The notes beneath the pieces were generated by a model. The model searched no databases. It saw only the letters and a program-made list of their open reading frames with translations, and was not told the DNA's origin. A stretch of 64,000 nucleotides of DNA. Source: Candidatus Marinacidobacterales bacterium (lineage in GTDB: Bacteria; Acidobacteriota; Vicinamibacteria; Marinacidobacterales; SMYC01). The position numbers and the translations under genes were made by a program. Shown here in pieces: positions 50,030 to 58,266 of the stretch (the stretch's first letter is position 1; each line of letters starts with the position of its first letter). The stretch is taken from positions 6,592,001 to 6,656,000 of the forward strand of contig OZ250169.1 of NCBI GenBank assembly GCA_965237955.1, read 5' to 3'.

Positions 50030-50993
50030 ATGAGCCGTGTCGCACTCTATCTCCAGGACGCGCATCCTCTCGAGGATTGCATTCGCTTCGCGAGCTACGC
50101 CGAGGAAAAAGGATTCGAAGCCGTGTGGCAGGCGGAGAGCCGCCTCGTCCGGGACGCTATCGTTCCCATGGCCGCCTACGCGGCTGTCACGTCACGTATC
50201 AAAATCGGCTCGGGTGTCATCAATAACTGGACGCGCAATATCGGGCTTCTGGCCGCGACGTATTTGACCCTCGACGACCTCGCCCCCGACCGCATCTTGT
50301 GCGGCATCGGTGCGTGGTGGGATCCGCTCGCAAAAAACGTCGGCATCGACCGCCGGAAGCCATTGCTCGCAATGAAGGAGACCATCGAAGTCTTCCGCAA
50401 ACTGCTGCGGCTCGAGAACGTGACGTTCCACGGCGAGTTTCACCACGTGGACGGCATCGAGCTCGACGTCGTCCATGGCCGGCGCGAGCCTAGAAACGTT
50501 CCTGTGTTGATCGGTGCAACCGGAAACAAGATGCTCGAGCTCACCGGCGAGATCGCCGATGGCTGCTTACTGAACTACTGCGTCCCGCCGTCCTACAACG
50601 ACCGCGCGATGGAGCTCCTGACGGCGGGCGCCAAGAAAGCGGGCCGCAGCATCGATGACATCGACCGCCCGCAGCTCATCGTCTGTTCCGTCGACCACGA
50701 TCGCGCCCGCGCCATCGAAGGCGCCAAGGAGCTGATCACACAATACCTGGCGCAGCAACCTCACATCGCCAAAGCGTCCGGCGTCGACGACCAAAGAACA
50801 AATCCACGAAGCCATGCAATACGTCCCCGACGAGCTGATCCTGAACATCACCGCCACCGGAACCCCGGAAGAAGCGAAAGCCCGGGTCGAAGACTACAAG
50901 GCCAGAGGCTGCACCTGCCCTGTGCTTTACCCGTTGGGCGACGCAAAGCTGATGATCGACACCTTCGCCAACCGAGGCACAGCCGATGGCTGA
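50030..50993 (+). CDS. LLM-class flavin/F420-dependent oxidoreductase with an internal deletion/frameshift near 50790
   Basis: [31 protein letters not shown]; C-terminus [16 protein letters not shown]...GCTCPVLYP is in a shifted frame. Confidence 0.8.
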
Positions 50994-51009
50994 CGGCCGA
51001 TGGCCGACG
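50982..51009 (+). repeat. Heptamer tandem array GCYGAYG x4
   Basis: gccgatg gctgacg gccgatg gccgacg; supplies the LLM stop codon. Confidence 0.85.
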
Positions 51010-51022
51010 GCGGAATCCCCGA

Positions 51023-52492
51023 CTATCTAATCATCGCCCTACCGGACTCCCCAGAGTAGTTAATGAACACCGTCTTCAGCTCGGTAAAGAAATTCAAACC
51101 CTCTTCCGACATCTCACGCTCGCCCACTCCGGTCGACTTCATCCCGCCGAACGGAAGCTGCGCTTCGCCGCCAATGGTCGGCTCGTTGACGTGCACCATC
51201 CCCGTTTCCACTTCAGCGATGAACCGCATCACGTGGTTCACGTCCTGAGTGAAAATCGATGTCGTCAGTCCGAACTCCACCGAGTTCGCCATCCGTAAGG
51301 CCTCGTCGATATCGTTTGCGCTCGCCACCGATAGCACCGGCCCAAACACCTCTTCTCGGAAGATACGCATCTCCGGACGCACGCCGTCGAAGATCGTCGG
51401 CTCGACGAAAAATCCGTTTTCGAGTCCCTTCGGCCTACCGCCTCCGCTGATGAGCCGTGCGCCTTCCTTCTTCGCGATCTCGATGTAGTCGAGATCCGTC
51501 TTGAACTGGCTCTCGTCCACGGCGGGCCCAATGTCGACGCTCTCGTCGGCACCGGGGCCGACTTTCATCTTCTTGGTGAGCTCGGTAATGCGCTCGACGA
51601 GCTCTTCCTTCGTCGACTCGAGCGCGATGACACGCGACGTCGCGGTACAACGCTGCCCGGTCGAGCCGAACGCGCCATCTCGGATCGCCACCGCCGCCTT
51701 CTCGAGATCCGCATCGGGCATCACGACCACGGCGTTTTTTCCACCCATCTCGCACGTGACTTTCGCGCCGCGCGACGCCGCTTTGACGTACAAGTCGCCC
51801 CCCACGCTATTCGAGCCCGTAAAGGAAATGATCGGGATATGGGTTGAATTCACGATCGCCTCGCCGACGGTCGAGCCCGGTCCGACCACGACATTGAAAA
51901 CGCCGGGCGGAAGCCCCGCTTCTTCGTAAATCTCCGCGAGAACGGCGGCGGTCGCCGGGGTCAACGCGGCCGGTTTGAACACGACCGCGTTCCCTGCCAC
52001 GAGCGCGGGCGCGGACTTCCACACCGGGATGGCCCAGGGGAAGTTCCACGGCGAGATGAGCCCGACGACGCCCACCGGTTGACGGATGGTGTAAGTGAAG
52101 GTGTCCCGGATCTCCGAGGGGAGCGTCTTGCCGCCCATACGGAAACCGGCGCCGGCGTAGTACTCGATGAGGGAGATGCCCTTCGCGACCTCGCCGCGAG
52201 CTTCACGGAAGATCTTGCCTTCTTCACGCGTCATCAACCGCGCGATCTCGTCCGCGCGTCCGCGCGCGATCTCCGCCGCCCGCCACAGCACACGACCCCG
52301 TTTAGGTCCAGGCGTCTTCTTCCACGCCGGAAACGCCTGACGGGCCGCCTCGATCGCACGCTCCGCGTCGATGGCCGTTGCCATTGGAAATTCGGCGATC
52401 ACGTCGTTCGTGTTCGCCGGGTTCACGTTGGTGATGAGCCGGTCCGATTCCGGCTGAAACCATTTCCCATCGATATAAGAACCGGTGTGCAT
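51023..52492 (-). CDS. NAD(P)-dependent aldehyde dehydrogenase
   Basis: SPWNFP, FTGS, EMGGKN, GQRCTA, EEVFGP, PFGGMK; GGAGG RBS before ATG 52492. Confidence 0.95.
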   Translation of the reverse strand: MHTGSYIDGKWFQPESDRLITNVNPANTNDVIAEFPMATAIDAERAIEAARQAFPAWKKTPGPKRGRVLWRAAEIARGRADEIARLMTREEGKIFREARGEVAKGISLIEYYAGAGFRMGGKTLPSEIRDTFTYTIRQPVGVVGLISPWNFPWAIPVWKSAPALVAGNAVVFKPAALTPATAAVLAEIYEEAGLPPGVFNVVVGPGSTVGEAIVNSTHIPIISFTGSNSVGGDLYVKAASRGAKVTCEMGGKNAVVVMPDADLEKAAVAIRDGAFGSTGQRCTATSRVIALESTKEELVERITELTKKMKVGPGADESVDIGPAVDESQFKTDLDYIEIAKKEGARLISGGGRPKGLENGFFVEPTIFDGVRPEMRIFREEVFGPVLSVASANDIDEALRMANSVEFGLTTSIFTQDVNHVMRFIAEVETGMVHVNEPTIGGEAQLPFGGMKSTGVGEREMSEEGLNFFTELKTVFINYSGESGRAMIR

Positions 52493-52601
52493 CCAAACCT
52501 CCAAAAACATACGTTAACATAGCGCGGCGAACTCGGACTCTACCGGTGAGCTTTCGAAACTGAGTTGCACTGCCATAGAGAGCGCCTTTATTCTCCCTCT
52601 C

Positions 52602-53996
52602 ATGGAGATCGACAAAGTCATCAAAGGTGGAACCATCGTCACCGCCGACGACATGTATCCGGCGGACATCGGTATTACGAACGGACGCATTGTCGCGATT
52701 GGCATGGAGCTCGAAGGTGCAGAGACGATCGACGCCGCGAGCAAGTACGTCATGCCCGGCGGGATCGACGTCCATACGCATCTCGACATGCCGTTTGGAG
52801 GCACGACCACGGCCGACGATTGGGAGAGCGGGACGATTGCTGCTGCCTGCGGCGGCACCACGACGCTCATCGATTTCGCGATCCAGGATTTCGGAAACAC
52901 GCTCCACGCCGGTGTCGACGCCTGGCACAAGCGCGCCGAAGACCGTGCCGCGATCGACTACGCGTTCCACATTATCGTGCGCGAGCTCCGCGAGTCGCAC
53001 CTGAAGGAAATGGACGAGCTCGTCGACGACGGCATCACCAGCTTCAAGCTCTTCATGGCCTACCCCGGCGTCTTCATGGTCGACGACGCCACGATTTTCA
53101 AAGCGATGCTGCGCACCAAAGACAACGGCGGGCTCATCTGCATGCACGCGGAAAACGGCAGCGTCATCGACGCGCTCGTCGAGCGCGCGCTCAAAGAGGG
53201 CCACACCGAACCCAAGTGGCATGCGCTGACCCGCCCGATGAGCGCCGAGGCCGAAGCGACACACCGAACGATCGCTCTCGCCGAGATGGCCGGTGTGCCC
53301 GCCTACATCGTTCACTTGTCGGCAGGAGACGCGATGGAAGAAGTGCGGCGAGCGCGCGAGCGAGGCCTTCCGGTGTTCGCCGAGACGTGCCCGCAGTACC
53401 TGTTCCTCTCCTACGAAGATTACGAGAAGCCGGGATTCGAGGGCGCGAAATACGTGATGTCCCCTCCCCTTCGCCCCAAAGGCAACGAAGAACGGCTGTG
53501 GAACGGCCTGCAAACCGACGCGCTCCAAGCGGTGTCCACCGACCATTGCAGCTTCTGTATGAAGGAACAGAAAGAGCTCGGCAAGAACGATTTCACGAAG
53601 ATCCCGAATGGTGCGCCCGGGATCGAGAACCGCTTGATGCTACTCTACGACGGCGGTGTGAACGGCGGCCGCATCAGCCCCAACCGTTTCGTCGAGCTCG
53701 TCTCGACGCGGCCCGCCAAGATCTTCGGACTCTATCCGCGCAAAGGATCGATCACCATCGGAGCCGACGCCGATCTTCTCCTCTGGGACCCCAAGCGAAA
53801 GTGGACCATCAGCGCCGATACCCATCGTATGAAGGTCGACTACAGCGCTTACGAAGGCCGCGAAGTCACCGGTATCCCCGACAAGGTGCTGCTCCGAGGC
53901 GATATCATCGTCGACGATCAAAAATACGTCGGCAACATCAAGCAGGGCTCGTTCGTGAAGCGCGAGCCCGGCTCAGCACGAACGCCCGAAGGGTAG
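52602..53996 (+). CDS. hydA: Dihydropyrimidinase / D-hydantoinase
   Basis: PGGIDVHTH, SFKLFMAY, MHAENG, VHLS, STDHC, KIPNG.PGIE. Confidence 0.95.
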   Translation: MEIDKVIKGGTIVTADDMYPADIGITNGRIVAIGMELEGAETIDAASKYVMPGGIDVHTHLDMPFGGTTTADDWESGTIAAACGGTTTLIDFAIQDFGNTLHAGVDAWHKRAEDRAAIDYAFHIIVRELRESHLKEMDELVDDGITSFKLFMAYPGVFMVDDATIFKAMLRTKDNGGLICMHAENGSVIDALVERALKEGHTEPKWHALTRPMSAEAEATHRTIALAEMAGVPAYIVHLSAGDAMEEVRRARERGLPVFAETCPQYLFLSYEDYEKPGFEGAKYVMSPPLRPKGNEERLWNGLQTDALQAVSTDHCSFCMKEQKELGKNDFTKIPNGAPGIENRLMLLYDGGVNGGRISPNRFVELVSTRPAKIFGLYPRKGSITIGADADLLLWDPKRKWTISADTHRMKVDYSAYEGREVTGIPDKVLLRGDIIVDDQKYVGNIKQGSFVKREPGSARTPEG

Positions 53997-54116
53997 ACCA
54001 TCAGCCGTAATAGCCGAACGCCACCCAGCCAGACTCGATTTTAACGCCCGAAAGCCTCGCGACGGTTTGACACATATCTATCGACACATGATTCTCGACA
54101 GAGTATACTTCACACA

Positions 54117-54384
54117 ATGGCAAAAAACGAAGAAGGTGCAGGTGACCCTTGATGAGGCGCGATACAAAGAGCTCGCCGACATCGCCCAAAGAGAAGGAAG
54201 GAAGCTGGCAAGCATTGTAAGGGAATCGATCGAACAATACGCTCTCGCCCCCGAGGCGGATCGCAACAAGCGCGAAGCGTTAGAGGAACTTTTTGCGCTA
54301 GAGCCCACTCCTCGGCCCAAGAACTACAAAGACTGGAAGCGCGAATACGGTGGCCGTAAAACGAAGAGCGAAGAAAAAAACTGA
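54117..54384 (+). CDS. RHH/CopG antitoxin (VapB-like); extra A in an A-run just after the ATG
   Basis: Removing one A gives MAKTKKVQVTLDEARYKEL..IA.REGRK.A..VRE.I. Confidence 0.75.
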
Positions 54385-54805
54385 CAAAGACGCGTACTTC
54401 TTGGACGCAAGCGTACTCATGTACGCGGCCGGCGGACCGCATCCGCTACGAGAGCTGTGCCGAACGACGCTCGAGCTCGCCGTCACGCGCCGTGTTCGAT
54501 TAGTAAGCAGCTCCGAAGTGCTGCAGGAGATTCTCCACCGATATTTCTCGATTGGACGGCCGGACGCAGCGCGTACCGTCTATCGAGCCGCCACGACATT
54601 GTGCGCGGACATTCTTGCGATTGATATCCAACACACCAATCGAGCCCTCGAGCTACTTCTCGAATCCCCTCAGCTCTCCCCCCGAGACGCAGTTCACGTA
54701 GCGACGATGGAATCACATGGATTGCGACGAATACTCACGACCGATCGAGATTTCGATTCGATCGAAAGCGTCGATCGTATCGAGCCAGCCTATTTTGTTT
54801 CGTAG
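54350..54805 (+). CDS. VapC/PIN-domain toxin
   Basis: FLDASVLMYA, EVLQEILHR, SPRDAVHVA, TTDRDF. Confidence 0.9.
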   Translation: MAVKRRAKKKTDKDAYFLDASVLMYAAGGPHPLRELCRTTLELAVTRRVRLVSSSEVLQEILHRYFSIGRPDAARTVYRAATTLCADILAIDIQHTNRALELLLESPQLSPRDAVHVATMESHGLRRILTTDRDFDSIESVDRIEPAYFVS

Positions 54806-54826
54806 CGTGCTGCCCGGACGGAGCTC

Positions 54827-55777
54827 CTAAATGTCCAGCGCCCTACCTCGTCCCTGCTCGCGGCCCGCTTCGTACACGTGCTTGGCGGCGGCGAGGTCTT
54901 CGATGGCTAGGCCCTGGGACTCGAAGAGCGTAATGTCGTCGTCGTTCTGACGCGCTGTCGTGTTGCCGGCCACCACGTCGGCGAACTCGTGGACGTCGTC
55001 CCACGAGATGCCGCCCGATTCCACCACGTCGGCGAGATCGCCGCATTCGATCTTCGCTTGCTCGACAGAGTCAGTAGCGATGAAGCTCGAGCTCGTCACC
55101 GCGTCGGCATCGATCTCGAGGCGGCGGAGATTGTTCGATCCCGCGGCGTTTATGTGCTGGCCCGGACGGAGCCACTCCCCCCTCAACACGGGCTCACGGG
55201 AATTGGTGACGGTGACAATGATATCGACATCGGCCGTGACCGCTTCGGGGCTGTCGCACGGTGTCACCGGAAGCCCGAGCGTCTCGGACATTTCCTCGCA
55301 GAACTTCTCCCGCCGCTCTTGGTTGCGCCCGTACGCCACCACCGATTCAATCGATCTCACGACAACGATGGCCTCGAGCTGGGAGCGCGCCTGCCAACCA
55401 GTGCCGTAGATGCCGACTCGGGATGCCGCCTCGCGGGCCAGGTAGCGCGTCGCAACGCCGCTCGCGGCGCCGGTCCGGATCTGGCCCAGCCGATCGGCCT
55501 CCATCAACGAGACCAGCTCACCGCTCGCGGCATCGAACATCAGGAAGTGAAACCGCGCTCCCGACGGGCCCGTCGTGTAGGCCTTGAGCCCGACATAGCC
55601 GAGCGCACTGCTGCCCGCGGGCAGCACATGCAGCATGAGCTTGTCGGCCCGAACCCGTTGCCGGGGTTTGTTCATCGCGTCGCCACTCGCGAGGAGGCGG
55701 AAGGCTTCGTCGACGCACGCGAGAGCGTCTTTCATCGTCAACAGCTCGCCGACATCGTCTTCGCTAAAGAACTGCAC
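54827..55777 (-). CDS. Ornithine cyclodeaminase/mu-crystallin family protein
   Basis: RTGAASGVAT, GTGWQA, HINAAGS, FESQGLAIEDLA. Confidence 0.92.
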   Translation of the reverse strand: MQFFSEDDVGELLTMKDALACVDEAFRLLASGDAMNKPRQRVRADKLMLHVLPAGSSALGYVGLKAYTTGPSGARFHFLMFDAASGELVSLMEADRLGQIRTGAASGVATRYLAREAASRVGIYGTGWQARSQLEAIVVVRSIESVVAYGRNQERREKFCEEMSETLGLPVTPCDSPEAVTADVDIIVTVTNSREPVLRGEWLRPGQHINAAGSNNLRRLEIDADAVTSSSFIATDSVEQAKIECGDLADVVESGGISWDDVHEFADVVAGNTTARQNDDDITLFESQGLAIEDLAAAKHVYEAGREQGRGRALDI

Positions 55778-55832
55778 ACCATGGTGATTCTTTGACACCT
55801 CCACGACTGAATGATAGATCAAAGCTATTCAC

Positions 55833-56354
55833 ATGAGCACGCCTTTCGAGCAAACGTTGGAGTTCCGCTTCTGTCCGAAGTGCGGCGCGGGACTCGTATC
55901 GAAGCGCCTCAAAGATCACGAGCCCGAGCGTATGGTGTGCAAGAAATGCGAGTTCGTTCTGTTCCACGACCCGAAGCTCGCCGCTGGGACACTGTTTCAG
56001 CAGGACGCGAAGTTCGTTCTCCTGAGGCGCGCGATCGAGCCCGGCTACGGCAAGTGGGTATTCCCGGGCGGGTTCGTCGACCGGGGCGAAACCGTCAAGG
56101 ACGCGGCCATCCGCGAGACGCGCGAAGAAGCGAACGTCGACGTCGGCATCCGTGAGCTCATTGACGTGTACTCCTACCCGGGCTCGCCCGTCGTCGTCGT
56201 CGTTTACGCGGCCGACATTCTAGGAGGTGACTTGAAAGCAGCCGACGAGACTCTCGAAGTGAAGACGTTCGACCAAGCCGACATCCCCTGGGACGAGCTC
56301 GCGTTTCCGAGCACCCGTGACGCGTTAAAAGCTTACATCTCGAGATTCTTATGA
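55833..56354 (+). CDS. NUDIX hydrolase with N-terminal zinc ribbon
   Basis: FCPKCG...C..C; PGGFVDRGETVKDAAIRETREEA. Confidence 0.92.
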   Translation: MSTPFEQTLEFRFCPKCGAGLVSKRLKDHEPERMVCKKCEFVLFHDPKLAAGTLFQQDAKFVLLRRAIEPGYGKWVFPGGFVDRGETVKDAAIRETREEANVDVGIRELIDVYSYPGSPVVVVVYAADILGGDLKAADETLEVKTFDQADIPWDELAFPSTRDALKAYISRFL

Positions 56355-57127
56355 ACCGTTTTGCAGAAAAAGTCGCACTCGTTACCGGTGCGAGCCGTGG
56401 CATTGGCCGGGCCATTGCCGAGGCCTATCTCGAAGAGGGCGCCAAGGTGGCTCTTTGCGCCCGTACCGTTTCTGAACTCGAATCGCTTGCCGATGCGTGG
56501 AACCAGAAAGGGCGGCGCGCGCTCGCACTCGAATGCGACGTGACGTCGAAAGAATCCGTCGCGCGTGCGGTGGGCGAGCTCGAATCGAGCTGGGGCAAGC
56601 TCCACATCGTGGTGAACAACGCGGGCATCTCCGGCAGAACCCCGTTAACGGAAGACTCCGCCGAACTGTGGCAGCGGATCCTCGACGTCAATCTCACCGG
56701 GAGCTACAACGTGACCCGGGCCGCGCTCGATCTCATGAGCTCCGGGGACGGCCGCATCGTCAACATGTCGTCGGTACTCGGCCGATTCGGCGTGCCCGGC
56801 TACACAGCGTACTGCACGTCGAAACACGGCATCATCGGATTCACCCGCGCGCTCGCGCTCGAGCTCGCGCCCCGCGGCATCACCGTGAACGCCATTTGCC
56901 CCGGCTGGGTCCAGACCGACATGGCCGACAAGGGGATCCAGGAAACCGCAGATGTCCTCGGGATGAGTGCGGTCGCGTTTCGCGAGCAGGCGATCGAAGG
57001 CGTTCCTCTGAAACGCTTCATCGATCCGCCCGAGATCGCGAAGCTCGCACTGTATCTCACCTCGGAGGAGGCGTCCGCCGTCACCGGCCAGGCTTACAAT
57101 ATTTGCGGCGGGCAGGTGATGAATTGA
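56351..57127 (+). CDS. SDR family oxidoreductase
   Basis: TGASRGIG, NNAG, YCTSK, CPGWVQTDM. Confidence 0.95.
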   Translation: MNRFAEKVALVTGASRGIGRAIAEAYLEEGAKVALCARTVSELESLADAWNQKGRRALALECDVTSKESVARAVGELESSWGKLHIVVNNAGISGRTPLTEDSAELWQRILDVNLTGSYNVTRAALDLMSSGDGRIVNMSSVLGRFGVPGYTAYCTSKHGIIGFTRALALELAPRGITVNAICPGWVQTDMADKGIQETADVLGMSAVAFREQAIEGVPLKRFIDPPEIAKLALYLTSEEASAVTGQAYNICGGQVMN

Positions 57128-57199
57128 AGCGCAAAGTTCCGGTTTTCTTCTACGGCTCGTTCATCCTGGTACGCGGATCACATACGCGGCTTCGTCTGA
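57124..57199 (+). pseudogene. Hollowed gamma-glutamylcyclotransferase-like remnant
   Basis: MKRKVPVFFYGSFI joined to WYADHIRGFV*. Confidence 0.5.
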
Positions 57200-57212
57200 T
57201 ACGATCTCCCCC

Positions 57213-57422
57213 ATGGTCAAGATTTACGGCAAAGCTGGATGACCCTACACCGCCCAGGCCCGTGAGGCCTATGCGGACCAAGAAGTCGAGTATTTCGATG
57301 TGAAGGCCGACCCTGCACGCATGGAAGAAATGCTCTCGGTGAGCGGCGGCGAAAGAGCCGTACCCGTCATCGTCGACGGCGACAACGTTACCGTCGGCCA
57401 CGGCGGGACGTGAGCCGTTTGA
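57213..57422 (+). CDS. UXX-star family glutaredoxin-like selenoprotein with two Sec (UGA at 57240-42 and 57411-13)
   Basis: MVKIYGKAG-U-PYTAQARE...YFDVK...RAVPVIVDGDNVTVGHGGT-U-AV*; Grx fold with the cis-Pro VP motif; a hairpin follows each UGA. Confidence 0.85.
57250..57276 (+). promoter_or_regulatory. Candidate SECIS for the first UGA
   Basis: CCGC..AGGCC-CGTGA-GGCCT..GCGG; upper stem starts 13 nt after the UGA; GU in the loop. Confidence 0.6.
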
Positions 57423-57423
57423 C

Positions 57424-57440
57424 GCTGGCAGTTCGCCAGC
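57424..57440 (+). promoter_or_regulatory. Candidate SECIS for the C-terminal UGA (lies in the 3' UTR)
   Basis: GCTGGC-AGTTC-GCCAGC, 10 nt after the UGA; GU-containing loop; no U-tract. Confidence 0.7.
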
Positions 57441-57456
57441 CCAACCTCTCTTACCG

Positions 57457-58239
57457 ATGACCCGTCCGGAGTGGAAACACGTCATCGGCATCATCGGTGG
57501 CCTCGGCCCGCACGCGCACGTCGAGTTCGAAGTCTTGCTCCTGTTTGCGACCGAGAAAGCGCTCGGACGCCCGCCTCTCGACCAGGACTACCCGCCATGG
57601 GTGTTGTCGTCGATACCGACGACACCCGATCGAACCGGTGCATTGCTCGTGAACAGTGAGTCTCCGGTCGAAGCCCTCGTCCGAAGTGCGGAGCGTTTGA
57701 GCGAAGCGGACTTCGGCGTCATCCCGTGCAACACGGCGCATGCGTTTTTGGATGACGTTCGAGAGCGCGTCGCTCTCCCGTTTCTCGATATGGTCCGCGT
57801 CACCGCCGAGCAAGCGGTAAGCGACGTCGGCCGGCAAGGAACCATCGGTATCCTCGCAGCATCGGGCACGCTGCAATCCGGCCTGTACTCGAAATGGATC
57901 GGCAAGCTCGCGCCCGATGCGCGTGTGATCTCACCCCTCGACCTCGACAACGGAGACGAGCTGCAGGAACGTCTCGTCATGGAGCCGATCTACGGCCCGC
58001 GGGGCATCAAAGCCGGCGCTTTTCGAGATCCGGCGCGTCGAGACGAGCTAGCCGAGCCAATGAGGGAGGCCACCCTCAAATTGGCCGAGGCGGGCGCCGA
58101 GGTCGTGTTGACGGCGTGCACCGAGATACCGCTCGTCCTCGGCCGCGACGGTGTCGATGCTATCCCGCTCATCGACCCGATGGCGGTGGCTGCCGAACGT
58201 GCCATCGACGTTGCCCTCGGACGCGACGCGCTCCCTTAG
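57457..58239 (+). CDS. Aspartate/glutamate racemase family protein
   Basis: IGIIGGLGP, PDRT, IPCNTAH, ACTEIPL (two catalytic Cys). Confidence 0.92.
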   Translation: MTRPEWKHVIGIIGGLGPHAHVEFEVLLLFATEKALGRPPLDQDYPPWVLSSIPTTPDRTGALLVNSESPVEALVRSAERLSEADFGVIPCNTAHAFLDDVRERVALPFLDMVRVTAEQAVSDVGRQGTIGILAASGTLQSGLYSKWIGKLAPDARVISPLDLDNGDELQERLVMEPIYGPRGIKAGAFRDPARRDELAEPMREATLKLAEAGAEVVLTACTEIPLVLGRDGVDAIPLIDPMAVAAERAIDVALGRDALP

Positions 58240-58266
58240 GGTCCTCCCACCAGTTATACTTTTTCA

